A stretch of DNA of 64,000 nucleotides from Octopus sinensis (GCF_006345805.1 NC_043018.1:310001-374000); one strand, 5' to 3'; positions 13,483 through 26,795 are shown, numbered from the stretch's first letter. Numbers and translations are program-made. Notes: generated from the letters alone by a model not told the origin.

Positions 13483-14539
13483 TATATAATCTGCCAAAGT
13501 GGAGTCTTTAGTTTCATTGTTTACAAGAATTTGGGATGTTTCCTGTATCTGTTCGTAAGGATTTGGATTGGATCCCAAAATTCTGTAGGTGTTTTCTTAC
13601 TATGAGTTATATATTTTATGCTTTATTTTATGCTCTAGGTCTCCAGAGTGGCAAATAATTTTTAAGTTCATTAATTCATTTGAAAGATCGTTACCATTTA
13701 CATGCGATTGTGAATTTCAACAAATGCATACAACATCTAATGAGGAAAAAAATTCGAATTTAGACAGATACTGCTCGAGTAATGAAGAAGTGAAAAGAAA
13801 TTTTCTTTAATGCTTCAATTGTTATTATTAGACTAGAAAAGACAAAATCGACAACCACATGATAAAAATAAGCACTAAAGAAAGCGTCGACGGAGATGAT
13901 GTTACGGTGTTTGTGTCAGAATCTTTTACCTGGATTTCATCATCCGACGAATTCTCACAAACGTGGTTTTGTCTTTTTTCTGTTCAATTTCAATTTGCAG
14001 ATTGTTACCTCATTCGTTTTCTTTAATTTTTGGCAACAGAATGACGCGTTGATTTTGCAGGTTGTGCAGATTTTCTAAGAGGTCTTCCAATGTTCATTTT
14101 ATCAGTAACAGCGACATTCTTCACTTGCAATATTTTTTTGAATTCGTTGACGAGAACATAGTATGTGGAATACGATAGACGACATACATACGTTTGTATA
14201 TAAACGAGTACATTTAGTTAATAGAAGCTTTTGTTTCACTTTTGGTATTTTTCATTAGGTTGAATTTCAAAACATCCCGCATGGGGCACAGAATACAGAA
14301 GTCTTGGTACTATCGAATTTCTTCCACTATCGACTCGTTTCGATACGATGTGCGAATACGTATCTCGTATGTGTCAGAAGAATTTCACCAGACGTTTGCA
14401 AAATACAAAAGGATATAAAAGATACGTATCTTTAATATAAAGTAACTGTTTCAGAGCATGGCACATTTCATGCCACTTATGATTAATACATAGCATAGCA
14501 AAAGAACAACGAGATTCCTATTAAGTAATATAGTTTGTA

Positions 14540-14942
14540 CTAGCAGTATCGCCCGGCCTTGCTCGGGTTTGTAAGGGAAATAACTATATAAGCATTTTTA
14601 GAGAGTTATAGCCAAAAAATAGCAAAAAAATGCATTAAAAATGGAAAAAAAAATTATGGTAATTTTTTTTTAAAAATCGTTAACTCATCGTAGACATTTT
14701 TCGAGAGTTACTTCCCTTATATAATAGCGAAAAAAATGCATCAAAATGGAAAAAAATGATGGTAATTTTTTTTTAAATCGTAGACTCATCGTAGACGTGC
14801 GCTAATACCCAGAAGGGCTCGATATGAATCACGACTATAAGATACCCGATTTTGGTTAAACTGCACCGCAAAATGTGGGAGTAGTTAGGAATCTAAATCG
14901 TAGGAGTCAGACAGCACACAAACTCACTTTTATATATAAAGA
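14540..14942 (-). mobile_element. Short non-autonomous Helitron
   Basis: Minus strand A|TCTTTATATATAAAA...CCCGAGCAAGGCCGGGCGATACTGCTAG|T: TC start, subterminal hairpin, CTAG end, AT target; second copy at 61924-62321. Confidence 0.85.
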
Positions 14943-14966
14943 TGTCATTATACCAGTCTGCTAAGA

Positions 14967-15182
14967 AGGCGTTGAGCTAGCAGAATGATTTGCAGGCTGG
15001 ACGAAATCTTTAGCGGTATTTTGTTTGTCTTCATCTTCTGAGTTTAAATACTATAGGGGTAGACTTTGCTTCCATCCTTTCGGGGTCGATAAATTAAGTA
15101 CCAGTTATGCAATGGGGTGTGTCGATGTAATCGACTAGTTCCATCCCACTAAATTTCAGGCCTTGTGCCTTTAGCAGAAAGG
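14967..15182 (+). mobile_element. SINE family B, diverged
   Basis: Head plus CCATCCTTTCGGGGTCGATAAATTAAGTACCAG domain. Confidence 0.8.
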
Positions 15183-15583
15183 GGTGTACTAGGCTGCAAA
15201 AGAGGTAGATTTCGAGTATTACTTTAAAATATTTTGTCAGCAAATAATTTTGTATGATGGTACTGAATAAAGATCACTCAGTAATTGATACATTGATGTC
15301 ATAATCACCTCCGTCACTACCAAAAGGAAAACTGACTGAATTTAAAAAAAAAAGCTGATGAATCTCATCAAAGAAAGTTATATATTTCTACAATTTTCTT
15401 ACGATGAGATTGTTAACCTCACGTATTTGATCACAATAAACTAATTAGTCCCGTGAGTGGCAAAAAGTCGCTAATTTAATGGATTTAAAGCTTTCAAGAG
15501 CCCTCTTCAAAAGCAACAATACATGTTACTCGCTCCGGATAATCCATGCACACTCTCACATACTTACACAGACACACATAAAC

Positions 15584-15641
<58 letters not shown>

Positions 15642-16326
15642 TATAAACCTGAAATTACAGTGAAATACTAAAATATATTTTATATTGGAATCCTAAAAGC
15701 ACGATATTAGAGACAGCCATTAGAGATAGCCATAACTGGAAAACCTATTTTCCAAAGGTCTTCTAAAGACTTTGGTAGATAAGCAACCAGTTAAGGAACC
15801 TCTAAGCGCTCGACTGAACGCTTTTATATACCTTAACTAAAACTACCACTCAAATCGTAACTTATTTCCTTGCTAAAAGGAAGAAAATTTAGTTGTTTAA
15901 AGTCCTATGTGAATTTTGCCTAAAATGAAACGGATGATCTGGCTGTAAATATTTCCATCTAGCTTTTTCCACCACAGATGACCTCTATCTCAAACAAGAA
16001 CAGCAATAAGCGTTTAGATAATGTTTTACGGGATTACATCACACAATGAGTCTGAAAGCCATTGGTTGATGCATTGTAAGTGCTGTTTAGGCGTCAGGAT
16101 ACATGATTTACTGTTTAGAGAAACCGCCATAGAAACTATTTTCAATACAGGATTGGTTCAGTTTTAGTTTGATTGCTTAGCTCAGGTCACTGATCAAAGT
16201 TATTCCAAATGTAGCAACTATTCTGTATAAGATAAAAACGTATGGTAAATGCACAAACGAAGAGCAGACACAGAACGTGTCCAATTTCTCTTCAGTTAAC
16301 GGCCAGTGAGTCAAATGCAATATATA

Positions 16327-16714
<388 letters not shown>

Positions 16715-17063
16715 ATCCCATATATATATATGGATGTGTGTATTTTCCCTTGTTTACAATTAACAAGGAAAATAGACAAATAGTTATGAGGGCAGCAAAA
16801 TATTACACAATTAATAAGGACATAACTCCCTGATTGTAAAGGTAGCAACTCCGGGTTGATGCGAAATAATTTGTATAATATATATATATATATATAAATA
16901 AACAAAAAGAGTTAAACGCAGGTGTTGTTTAAATTCTTTTACTTCCGACATGTTTCGAAAACAACATTGGTATTATTCTAAAGGAATAAAATGGTGTAAG
17001 AAAATGTATTTATTATAAGTGCAAAACAACACGACGGAGGAATCGACGTAAGCTTAAATATTA

Positions 17064-17129
17064 AACCGCGATAGGTGAACCGCGATAGGTGAACCGCGAT
17101 AGGTGAACCGCGATAGGTGAACCGCGATA
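17064..17129. repeat. 14-bp minisatellite (AACCGCGATAGGTG) x4 plus a partial unit
   Basis: Perfect head-to-tail copies with no spacers. Confidence 0.95.
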
Positions 17130-17215
17130 TGGCGAGGAATAACGGTATTAGAAATACATTATACAACTGTTCTTAATGTTAGTTAAAACTCTTGGGATAA
17201 TATTAGTAGGACTTA

Positions 17216-17420
17216 CGCGGTGATCTGGCAGAATAGTTAGCATGATGGCAAAATGCTTAGTGGCATTTCGTCTATCTTTACGTTCTTAGTTCAAATTCCG
17301 CCGAGGTCGACATTACTTTTCATCCTTTCGTGTTGTATGAAGTAAGTACCAGTTGACATCTGGGGGTCGATGCAATCGATTTACTACATCCCAAAATTGT
17401 TGGCCTTATGCGAAATTTGA
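17216..17420 (+). mobile_element. SINE family B, diverged
   Basis: TGGCAGAATAGTTAGCA head, GTTCAAATTCCGCCGAGGTCGAC, TTTCATCCTTTCG. Confidence 0.8.
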
Positions 17421-18539
17421 AACTGATGTTAATTGAAATTATTTGCTCTTTGTAGCTTGTTGGCTTACCGCACACAGAGTCCCCCATAGGTTTTTTTTTT
17501 ATGTATAGATGTCTATTGTATTAAGAGGATGAGAGATAAATCTCGCTCATAGATAGAGTTTTACTTTTGTTAGAATTTAGGTCTCTGCCCCAATGGGAAA
17601 CATTTGAACTTACAGACTGCAAGAGAAGATAAGAAAAGTTTGCAACAGGAAACTCGTGAAAACCGCATTTATCTCTATGACATTAACGACGTCAAACGAC
17701 CAGTTCAAACCGGATTTCTTAACCGGGTCTGATGCGTGATCTCTTGAGAATTTCTTTGTAAAAATATACATATTTCCTGCCTCCCATTAAATTTAATAAA
17801 TAATTCTTAGATTGGCAGCGAGCCATAAAGTTGTAAACAAGCTCTGCAATTCATTGATTTGTCCGCAATACATATCAGGTTTTTCTTTTATCGAGTCCGG
17901 TGGGATATAAACGGCCGAAAGCCAATACTGGTGGGATTAAAAATTCAAAGAGAGCAAGTTGTTTAAGAAATAACAACACTTTCTATTAATCGATGTTCGT
18001 CTTTTGGGTGGGGGTAGTATATATAACTATATTATATCTACTTTTTTCGTTGAAGTCGGTGCTGTGGGATTTAAAGGAAATTTTTCTCTGCTATTTCTAG
18101 CCGCTCAATCTACCTTGCACAGAATACCTAGCTCACACATCAAAAAGGTAGAAAAGAAATGTGATTCATTGATATAATGGGAATATGTATATCAAGCTGG
18201 TCGTAGTGTTTTTAGTCCAATATAGACAAAAAAAGGGTACAAGTCATGATGGAGAAAACTTGTTTAATGTCTCTAAAAATAGAGGATTGCATGGGGTTGC
18301 CGATTTTTCTTAATTTTAAAGTCAGAGTTGGTAGCTTATACGCACGGAGCTCTAACGGTATTCTCTTAATTATTTCGGAAACTTATTTGGTCACGAAATG
18401 TAATTCTAATACTAGCTAGGTCTCCGAATGAGTATAAACATTTTTCTTTTTATACCTAGAATCTCGAAATCACCGAAACGAATTATACTTGTAGCTCACC
18501 TTCCAAGTAATTTATTCATTAAACAAATGAATGATCAAG

Positions 18540-20128
18540 GCCTATGCTTGGGGGATTTGATTTGGAAACAGTCAAAAATTGCGTCAGAAGCATTCTTCAC
18601 TAAGCCTTGACTTGTGAAAGCCAGTGGGGTATGTTTGAATACATTTTTACGTTGTGGAAGGTCAGCGTTTGATCAAACAGCAAGTACCATGTCTCTATAC
18701 ACTCCAATATTTTTCAAGGCAAAGCCAAGAGTTGATACGGTTTCGGGCCACTCATGTTATTGTTGGGATCAAAACAAAATTACCTTCCGTTCGTACGAAA
18801 TACTATTCTAGTCCCCCATTAGTACTAATATGTGAGACATTCTCAGGAAATTATCAAGACACCTGAAATCTTGCCCTCCAGTTCATGTCGGGGTATAAAC
18901 GGTCACTGGTCTACAAGCGCTACCTTCGTCGCCATTCACGCCCAGGACCACCAAGCTACTTTCCGTGTCCGAGATTACTTGTACATGTCAACAAAGATTT
19001 TCGGAATAAGACTGCTACTCCATCGTGTGCTCCCGACAGACCACAAGAGGAGAATACCGCATAATCTTCGAGATGGGTGCTAGAGATTGCTTATTAGAAA
19101 TCCTTATTAGAAATCTCGCTATTAGAAATCTCACTAATACAAGCAACACATTTTTCAAGTGACCTCAGGTCGTTGAGCAAGCGACCTTCCTTCCAAGCTG
19201 GCTCCTGGCCACGCACTTTCGCTCAGCCTAATTTCAGAGTTGACATGTCAGTAGGAGAAAGAGAACGGAGAAGATCACTCACCTTGATTTTTGCGGAATT
19301 CTCTCCGGACGGCTGTCTTTTGAATGGCCCTTCTAACACTCTCTTGTCAATAACTTTATAAATTGCAACACTAAATGGGTATTTTTCTGGAATTGTCCTC
19401 TAAAAGTCTACTGATGTTTTAAATAAAATTCTGCCTTTCAGTGTTTTGAGAATTCCATTCTCAAATTCTTCGCTCTTTATTTCAAATTCATTTTTATTTT
19501 CCATTAACGAATACAAGTCACTGTTGAGTTTGTTCACAACTGTGAAACTGAGGCAGGAATTTTGGGATGGGTTTAAAATTTTTAACAAATTTTCTTTGTT
19601 GTTGGTGCTGTTGGTTTTTGGTACTGCTGTTGTTGATGTCACTGCTGTTATTGCTTTTGATGCTGCTGTTGTTTTTGTTGTTAATGCTGCTGCTGATGTT
19701 GAAGTAGTTGAGAAGTGGGTTGAAGAGGAAGTTTTTGTGTTTGTAGCTACCGTTATTGAGCTTTCGGTGTAGGGCTCTGAACCCTCTTCGGGAGACAGTT
19801 TGCCACCCATCGCCTGATCCTTCTCCGATTTATCGGTGGAAAATGGAAAAATCTGGTCGAAATCGGAATGGTAATATTTTTAGATTGGTTGTGAAACAGT
19901 ACATTTTGAGCTTGCTCTTCAGCTGGAGTAAGAGCTAAACTTTTTCCGCTATCGAGTTTTTATTGTAGCGGTCTTGACTTGTTTTGGGGCTTCAACTAGA
20001 TGTGGTCCTGTCGGCTTTCAATTAAAGGAATAGAAATTCCTTTAATTGAGAGCAGACAGCATTTTGATGGGTTGTACTTCCGCAGAAGTAGCACTTATAT
20101 TTTCCACCCTCAACCACAACTTTTATTG
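18540..20128 (-). pseudogene. Decayed L1/Tx1-type LINE: ORF1 C-terminal part with CCHC zinc knuckle, then ORF2 AP endonuclease
   Basis: IKVVVEGGKYK-CYFCGSTTHQNAVC (C-X2-C-X4-H-X4-C, 20052-20093); ORF2 start MSTLKLG*AKVRG; LEDYAVFSSCG..GVAVLFRKSL; VTVYTPT...LVLMGD*NSI (GDWN-like); multiple stops and frameshifts. Confidence 0.85.
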
Positions 20129-21395
20129 GCTTCGTGCCTTCCGCTAAGCATTTTTACCGACGGCTAAAGATTCTGCCAGCACGCCACTTTAATAATAAGG
20201 AAAATTTTTTTGTTTGTGTTGGCCACAAAGGCTCTCTTTCTACTATAGGCATTCGGCCTGGAATCTCGGTGGTGGGGACGACTAGTCGATTAGATTTACC
20301 ACAGTGCTCAACTGGTATCTATTTTATCGACACCGAAAGGATGGAAGGCAAAATCAAGAAGAAGAAGAACAACAACAACAACACAAAGAAGAACAACGAT
20401 TCCCCATAAAGAATGTATAACAAAGCCCCTTTTGACAAAAAGTAAATCGTTAAATTGTGATGACGGTTTCTTCATCTCGTTTAATTCTCTCGATATTTCT
20501 GTCCTCATATTTAATACGTTCTATGAATGCAAACAATAGAAATGATAGGTACAACAGAAAAATTGTAAATGCCGTTAGAACAACTGTAATTGTCGCCAGA
20601 ATTTATTGCGGTCAGCATTTATTGTAGTTAGACATTATTGTGGTCAGTGTTTACTGCGGTCAATATTTATTACAGTCATAAACCATTATACACTAGTGTG
20701 AAAAAGTGAATAAAATGACCAGTCATTTTCCTTATTAGTTACAAGTGGTATTTGCTGTTTGTTAGTATATACATATACGCGCATATTTGTGAGTGTATGT
20801 GTGCATGTGCGTGTGTCTTTCTGTGCGCGACGTTTGTGTTCTCCTCTCATGACCGAGGGCCAAAACCATTTATATTGTTATCGATGTCACATATTTCATG
20901 TAAAAAGAAAACCCAATACAACCGAGGAATAGGCATTGTTGTCTGCGTCTATCTTAATGACGTTGCTTTTGAAATGTTGACAATGCATCTTGTACGCTTG
21001 CACAAACCGTATTATTATTATATGTACGTGCATATACATACATACAAACAGACACATATACATACATTTATATATATACATAAATACATACATACACACA
21101 CATATATATGTTTGTATATATATATATATATACACATTTATACATACATGTATATATATATAATATATATATCAGTCAGATAAGGTGCCGGTTTTATATA
21201 TATATATATATAAACCGGCCTTATCTGACTGAGATATATATATATACATGTATGTATACATGTATGTGTGTGTGTATAATGTATTTATGTGTATGTTGTC
21301 CCCCTCCCTCCATCGCTTGACAACCGATGCTGGTGTGTTTATGTCACCGCAACTTAGTGGTGTACATATATAATATATATATATTATATATATAT

Positions 21396-21481
<86 letters not shown>

Positions 21482-21503
21482 TACATATATAACCGAAACA
21501 TGG

Positions 21504-21543
<40 letters not shown>

Positions 21544-21562
21544 TAACCGAAACATGGAAATA

Positions 21563-21597
<35 letters not shown>

Positions 21598-21600
<3 letters not shown>

Positions 21601-22455
21601 GTAGTATAATTCATAAGTATCCGGGCTGTTGCTATAGTAACGATGCTAGAGCATACAGAAGGAAGCTGTTTGAAGTAGATTGACTTTTAACTCTGCTGTG
21701 CGGTCGCACTAAGTCTTAACGCTCTAGCTTAATTCTGCTGTATACAGCTACGCTTGGAATAAAGATGTGTAAACTGTGATCGAACACGACAGATAATGTT
21801 GAGCAGAGAATCTGCATCAAATTTCGCCAAAATCTTGGCAATACCTCCAATACCTATACAAATTTTCTCAAAAGGTTTTCATCCTTGGCGACATAATCAT
21901 GATCGTGTGCAACTGAAACCGGAATGTTTTTGGGTCGGCTGAAAGCACGTTTGGCACAAACTTGGCAGACACGCGTCTCATAACCAAATCTTCAGTGATA
22001 ATGGATTCAACTGAACCGTAACTAATCTACACATCCTCTGATATCTTACAGATGTTTAATCGACGAAATCCTCTCAGAGCTGCACGCACATCTGATATGT
22101 TTTTCTCAGTTCTGTTGGTTGTGGATCTCGCAGAAAGTTCGTCAATATCGACATTTTTCCGGCTATACTGGAAATGTGTGACCCACACGCACACTTGTGT
22201 GCGGCTCATACACTACTCTCCATACCCTTTGTACAACTTTGCGTAGGTCTCTGAGTAGGTATCGCCATGAGAACGTTTTCTGTCATGGTTAATGCGACGA
22301 TCACATGCTACACCTCTTCCTTCAAAGAGCTGCTATAAACCTAGTGAGCATACACAGCCGTAGCAAAGGTGACTCTGCACCAAGCGGCTTTACTTTGCGT
22401 GCTTTAGATTCGTTACTATGGCAACACTCCCTATACTTATCGATCAGATCTCGTA
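21598..22455. mobile_element. Mariner-type element relic with inverted termini
   Basis: Ends match 33/45 (TACG..ATAAGTAT..TGTTGC.ATAGTAACG) and are flanked by TA. Plus strand NVEQRICIKFRQNLG; minus strand MSRTQVCVWVTHF...ISYGSVESIITEDLVMRRVSAKFVPNVL, a mariner N-terminal HTH region. Confidence 0.85.
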
Positions 22456-23121
22456 TATGAGGATGTGTTCCATTGGACTGCCAATTTTCGATGTTTTCGA
22501 TCCTACTATAATTGATTTCCTATTCAGTAATTCTTTCCAGTCGTAAGACAGACACAGTCATACCCGTTTCCATAGAAACGAGCCAAATATGAGAACTATT
22601 TTGTCTGCAAGATAGCACATGTTTACAAATATCTTCTACGCTGTGTTCTGCGCCAAGCGGCGACCATCTGCTGCTTGGACCCTGATTCAGAGATGTACTA
22701 AAAGTAACAGCCAAATGGGCCTTAAATCACACGTACCCCCAATTTCCTTTGTTTTGCGGGGCATGCATAATCGTATGAAATTCCCTATTGTACTTGAGGA
22801 AATCAGTTAGCGCTCCTGGTGAATTTGGAGAGAATAAAATTTGAATGCTTATAGGAGAATCTGGATAAACTGGAATTTTCAGAAAGAGAAATCGACCCTT
22901 TAATTCGTACATTACAAGTGCAATCTTCGGGTGGAATAGTAAAAATATTCAAGACTTTTCTCAAGTTCCAAACGTTAATTTTTCTGTGTTAACTACATCT
23001 CAAAGATGGAGCCTTGTATCTTTGTCGGAAACTGGCCCCCTCTTCATTGGAAGATTTATAATAATTAAAACGTAGAAGAGACGTACATACATAGATACAT
23101 AGATACATACATATATATATA

Positions 23122-23170
<49 letters not shown>

Positions 23171-23171
<1 letters not shown>

Positions 23172-23297
23172 CGGGAAGCTTTATGAGAATAAACAAAAGA
23201 CGAAGGCAGGTGGAATACAAACAAACAATTGTATTAGTATGGCGCTCAGGAATATAAATAAAACAAATCTTTTACGTTTCGAGCCAACGCTCTTCAA
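23171..23297 (-). mobile_element. Short (TA)n-anchored element with a truncated hammerhead-like motif
   Basis: Minus strand TGAA-GAGC-GTTG-GCTC-GAAAC-GTA; homologous to 47277-47410. Confidence 0.6.
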
Positions 23298-23327
23298 TAT
23301 ATATATATATATATGGGTGTGTATGTG

Positions 23328-23374
<47 letters not shown>

Positions 23375-23911
23375 TGTTAGAAAATTGCTTAGAAAACTAT
23401 TAGCTTGTCTATCCGGATTACTGATTTAATATTATACCAGTAATAATTGGAGCACTTGGATTTGTAAGAAAACGCCTGACTGTCAATCTTGATACGCTGG
23501 GATTTTCAAAAAAAGAATTAAATAAATAAAATAAAAGTAAAAAAAAATCAACTAACTGGTTCGCACATTACAAATATAAACTGCAAACGGAACCGTAAAA
23601 CTACGCACAACTTTTTTCTGAGGTTTAAAATGTACCATTGTTTTTCGTTGTCTACATTCCAAAGATGCGGATTTGTATCTTTGTAAGAAACCAGCACCTT
23701 CTTCAGAGAAAGAATGTAAATGAATAAAAAAAAAAAAAAAAATACAAGACACTCGCACCCACACAATCCCACACACGCAAATCTCGCACACATACACACA
23801 CGCACACACATTGCTTGTCTTCATCGAACTTATAGAAGTATGATGTGTACGCGCTACAACATATGTTTATATATATGCATATATTCTATTTTATTAACAT
23901 AATATACATAC

Positions 23912-23965
<54 letters not shown>

Positions 23966-24296
23966 CATATATATACATATATATATACATATATACATAT
24001 ATATATATTTATATATATATATATATATAATATATATAATATATATATTATATATATCTGTGTGTGTGTGTGTGTGTGTATGTGTGTTTGTAAGTATTAA
24101 GCGTTTGTGCATGTGTGTACAATGATTTTTAAATTGTACACTCAGTTTCCAAAATTTTATGTTTCTACAATTCTTACGAATTTCTCATCCCCATTAGGAT
24201 GCTTACGATGATGTTGCTGATGATAACAAAAAACGACGACAACGACGACGACCATCACTACCACTATCCGTAAGATGATGTCGATAATCTCCATGA

Positions 24297-24400
24297 TTAT
24301 GGGAACTGTGAGGGATGGCTATGACAACGATGGTGTTCATGATGACAACGACGGTAATGCTGACGACGAAAACGAGCACTAATGCTAATGATAGTGAATC

Positions 24401-24440
<40 letters not shown>

Positions 24441-24720
24441 ATAGCTGATGGTGATGATGATGATGACGGTGGTGGTGGTGATGAGGACGATAGTTAAGTG
24501 GTTGGTGGTTTCGACGATGATCATGAGGATGGTGACAATGGTTATGACGCAGGCAATGGTGATGGTAAGGGTTCTGATGCGATGCAGGAGCTGACTGGGA
24601 AGTGGTAGACGCCGGTGGCGGGAAACGTGACGCGAAGATGCCGCGCGATTGTGATGCTCGTGCTGATGACGATGATAATGGCGAAGATGATGAGGATGAT
24701 GTTGAGGAGCAGGAGGTGCG
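24297..24720. repeat. (GAT/GAC)-rich trinucleotide low-complexity tract
   Basis: Pure (GAT)n at about 24401-24441, flanked by degenerate triplets. Confidence 0.9.
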
Positions 24721-25924
24721 AAGAGAAGCGGTCGATAAGGAGTTACCGGTAGGAGTTTACACACACACACAGACACACAGACACACACACACACAAAAAA
24801 AAGCACGCACATACGCACTAAAAGAACGCACAAAATGAACAGTCATATTCAGTCGTGCACTCCCACCACACAAACACACACAAAACGCACAATCATACTC
24901 AGTCACGCACAAACCCATACCACAGGCGCGCACACACACACACACAAATACACACGCACATAAACACACGCACATACACACACACATACACACACACAAA
25001 TACACACGCACATACACACACGCACATACACACACACATACACACACACAAAAAGCACGCACATACGCACTAAAAGAACGCACAAAATGAACAGTCATAT
25101 TCAGTCGTGCTGTCCCACCACACAAACACACACAAATACACACACACACACACACAAACACGCACACGAACACGGACACATACACTCACCCACCGCACAC
25201 ATACTGCATATAGTTGAGGCAGGTTTTGTACATTTGAAGAGAAATAAAATTTGAAGTGTTTATGCCCGCCGTTTGATTTGTGGTTGGCATGGATCTAAAA
25301 GAACATAATTTATATCTGCAATAGATAACAACGAATGTTCAAGGACTATATTCTCTCTTTGAGTGTGTATGTGTATGTGTGTATATATGTGTGTGTAATT
25401 CTATATATGTAGTTTGCCTACGTCTGTGTTTCTGTGTATGTGGGATGTAATTCAATCTAATATGCGCCATTTTCGAAAATACACTGAGATATATCGCTAT
25501 ATCTTGGAAATTCTTCAGTAGGAAGATTCTAAATATCCTTAAATGTCAGAAAAAATTAAGATAATGGTAAAACTAAAATTCTATCAAAATAAAAATAAAT
25601 TTTACATTTAAGAATAAATCTCTGATGTTCTATTCCAATTTTTATTTTGGTTTCTCTCCGTTTCTTTTACTCCCTTATACATGTATATATGGATGAGTGT
25701 GTATATTATCTATACACTCACATACATACACGTATACATAAATATATATATATATGCAGAGAGAGAGAGAGAGAGAGAGAGAATAAGTTGAGAAAATGAT
25801 AGACAGGTATATGCGATTGTATCTTATAAATATGTGTTGGTGTGTGTGTATATGCGTGTGCGCATGAGTGTGTATATACATATATGTATAGATATACATA
25901 CACATTAATATATACCTTGCACAC

Positions 25925-25980
<56 letters not shown>

Positions 25981-26309
25981 TCACACGCACACCGCGCACA
26001 AACATATATAAACATATACATATATGTTTGTGTATGCATGCATGTATATATGTATATATAAATTTACATATGCTTACACACTCAAACACAACCACACAGA
26101 TATTCATCTACCTATCTCTATATATCTCTTTATGTGATGATGATGCGGATGATGATGATGATGATGATGATGATGGGGGTGGCACTGATAATGTTGATGT
26201 TAGATAATGAGTATGGTGACGATGGTGGTGCAATGGAGAAGATGGCTCGGGTGAAGATGAAGTGTGTGACGGCAAGATGAAGCGGAGTTGCTTCATGCGT
26301 GATCATGAT

Positions 26310-26406
<97 letters not shown>

Positions 26407-26410
26407 AGAG

Positions 26411-26795
26411 ATGCAGGAGTGTATGTGCGGTAAGTAGCTTCTTACCAACCACATGATCCTGCATTCAGTCCCACTGCATGTCACCTTGCGCAAGTGTCTT
26501 CTAATAAAGCATCGGGCCGACCAAAGCCTTGTGAGTGGAAACTGGAAAAGCCCGGTCGTATATTATATATATATATATATATTTGTGTGTGTGTGTGTGT
26601 AGGTGTGTATATGTTTGTCTATCTGTGTTTGTTCCTCCAACCGACGCTAGTGTGTTTACGTCTCCGTAACCTAGCGGTTTGGCAAAAGAGTCCGATAGAA
26701 TAAGTACTAGGCTTACGAAGAATAAACTCTGTGGTCGAGTTGCTCGGCTAAATGCGCTGCTCCTGAATGGCCACACTCAAATGACTGAAAGAAGA
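26411..26795 (+). mobile_element. SINE family C
   Basis: Head, CACCTTGCGCAAGTGTCTT, internal microsatellite, 3' part. Confidence 0.85.

Noticed and set aside
13639-13810. Strong acceptor followed by a 57-codon open frame (SPEWQIIFKFINSF...)
   Set aside because: No partner exon or homology; the neighbourhood looks like decayed TE-like DNA
16930-16990. CGAAACAUGUC hammerhead-like 3' half
   Set aside because: The 5' core is too degenerate to call an HHR; noted only as context
17064-17129. Short direct repeats as a CRISPR array
   Set aside because: No spacers, a 14-bp unit, and a eukaryotic context
19400-19810. 136-aa Thr/Ala-rich ORF as a mucin-like host gene
   Set aside because: It lies between the LINE zinc knuckle and endonuclease, so it is better explained as ORF1
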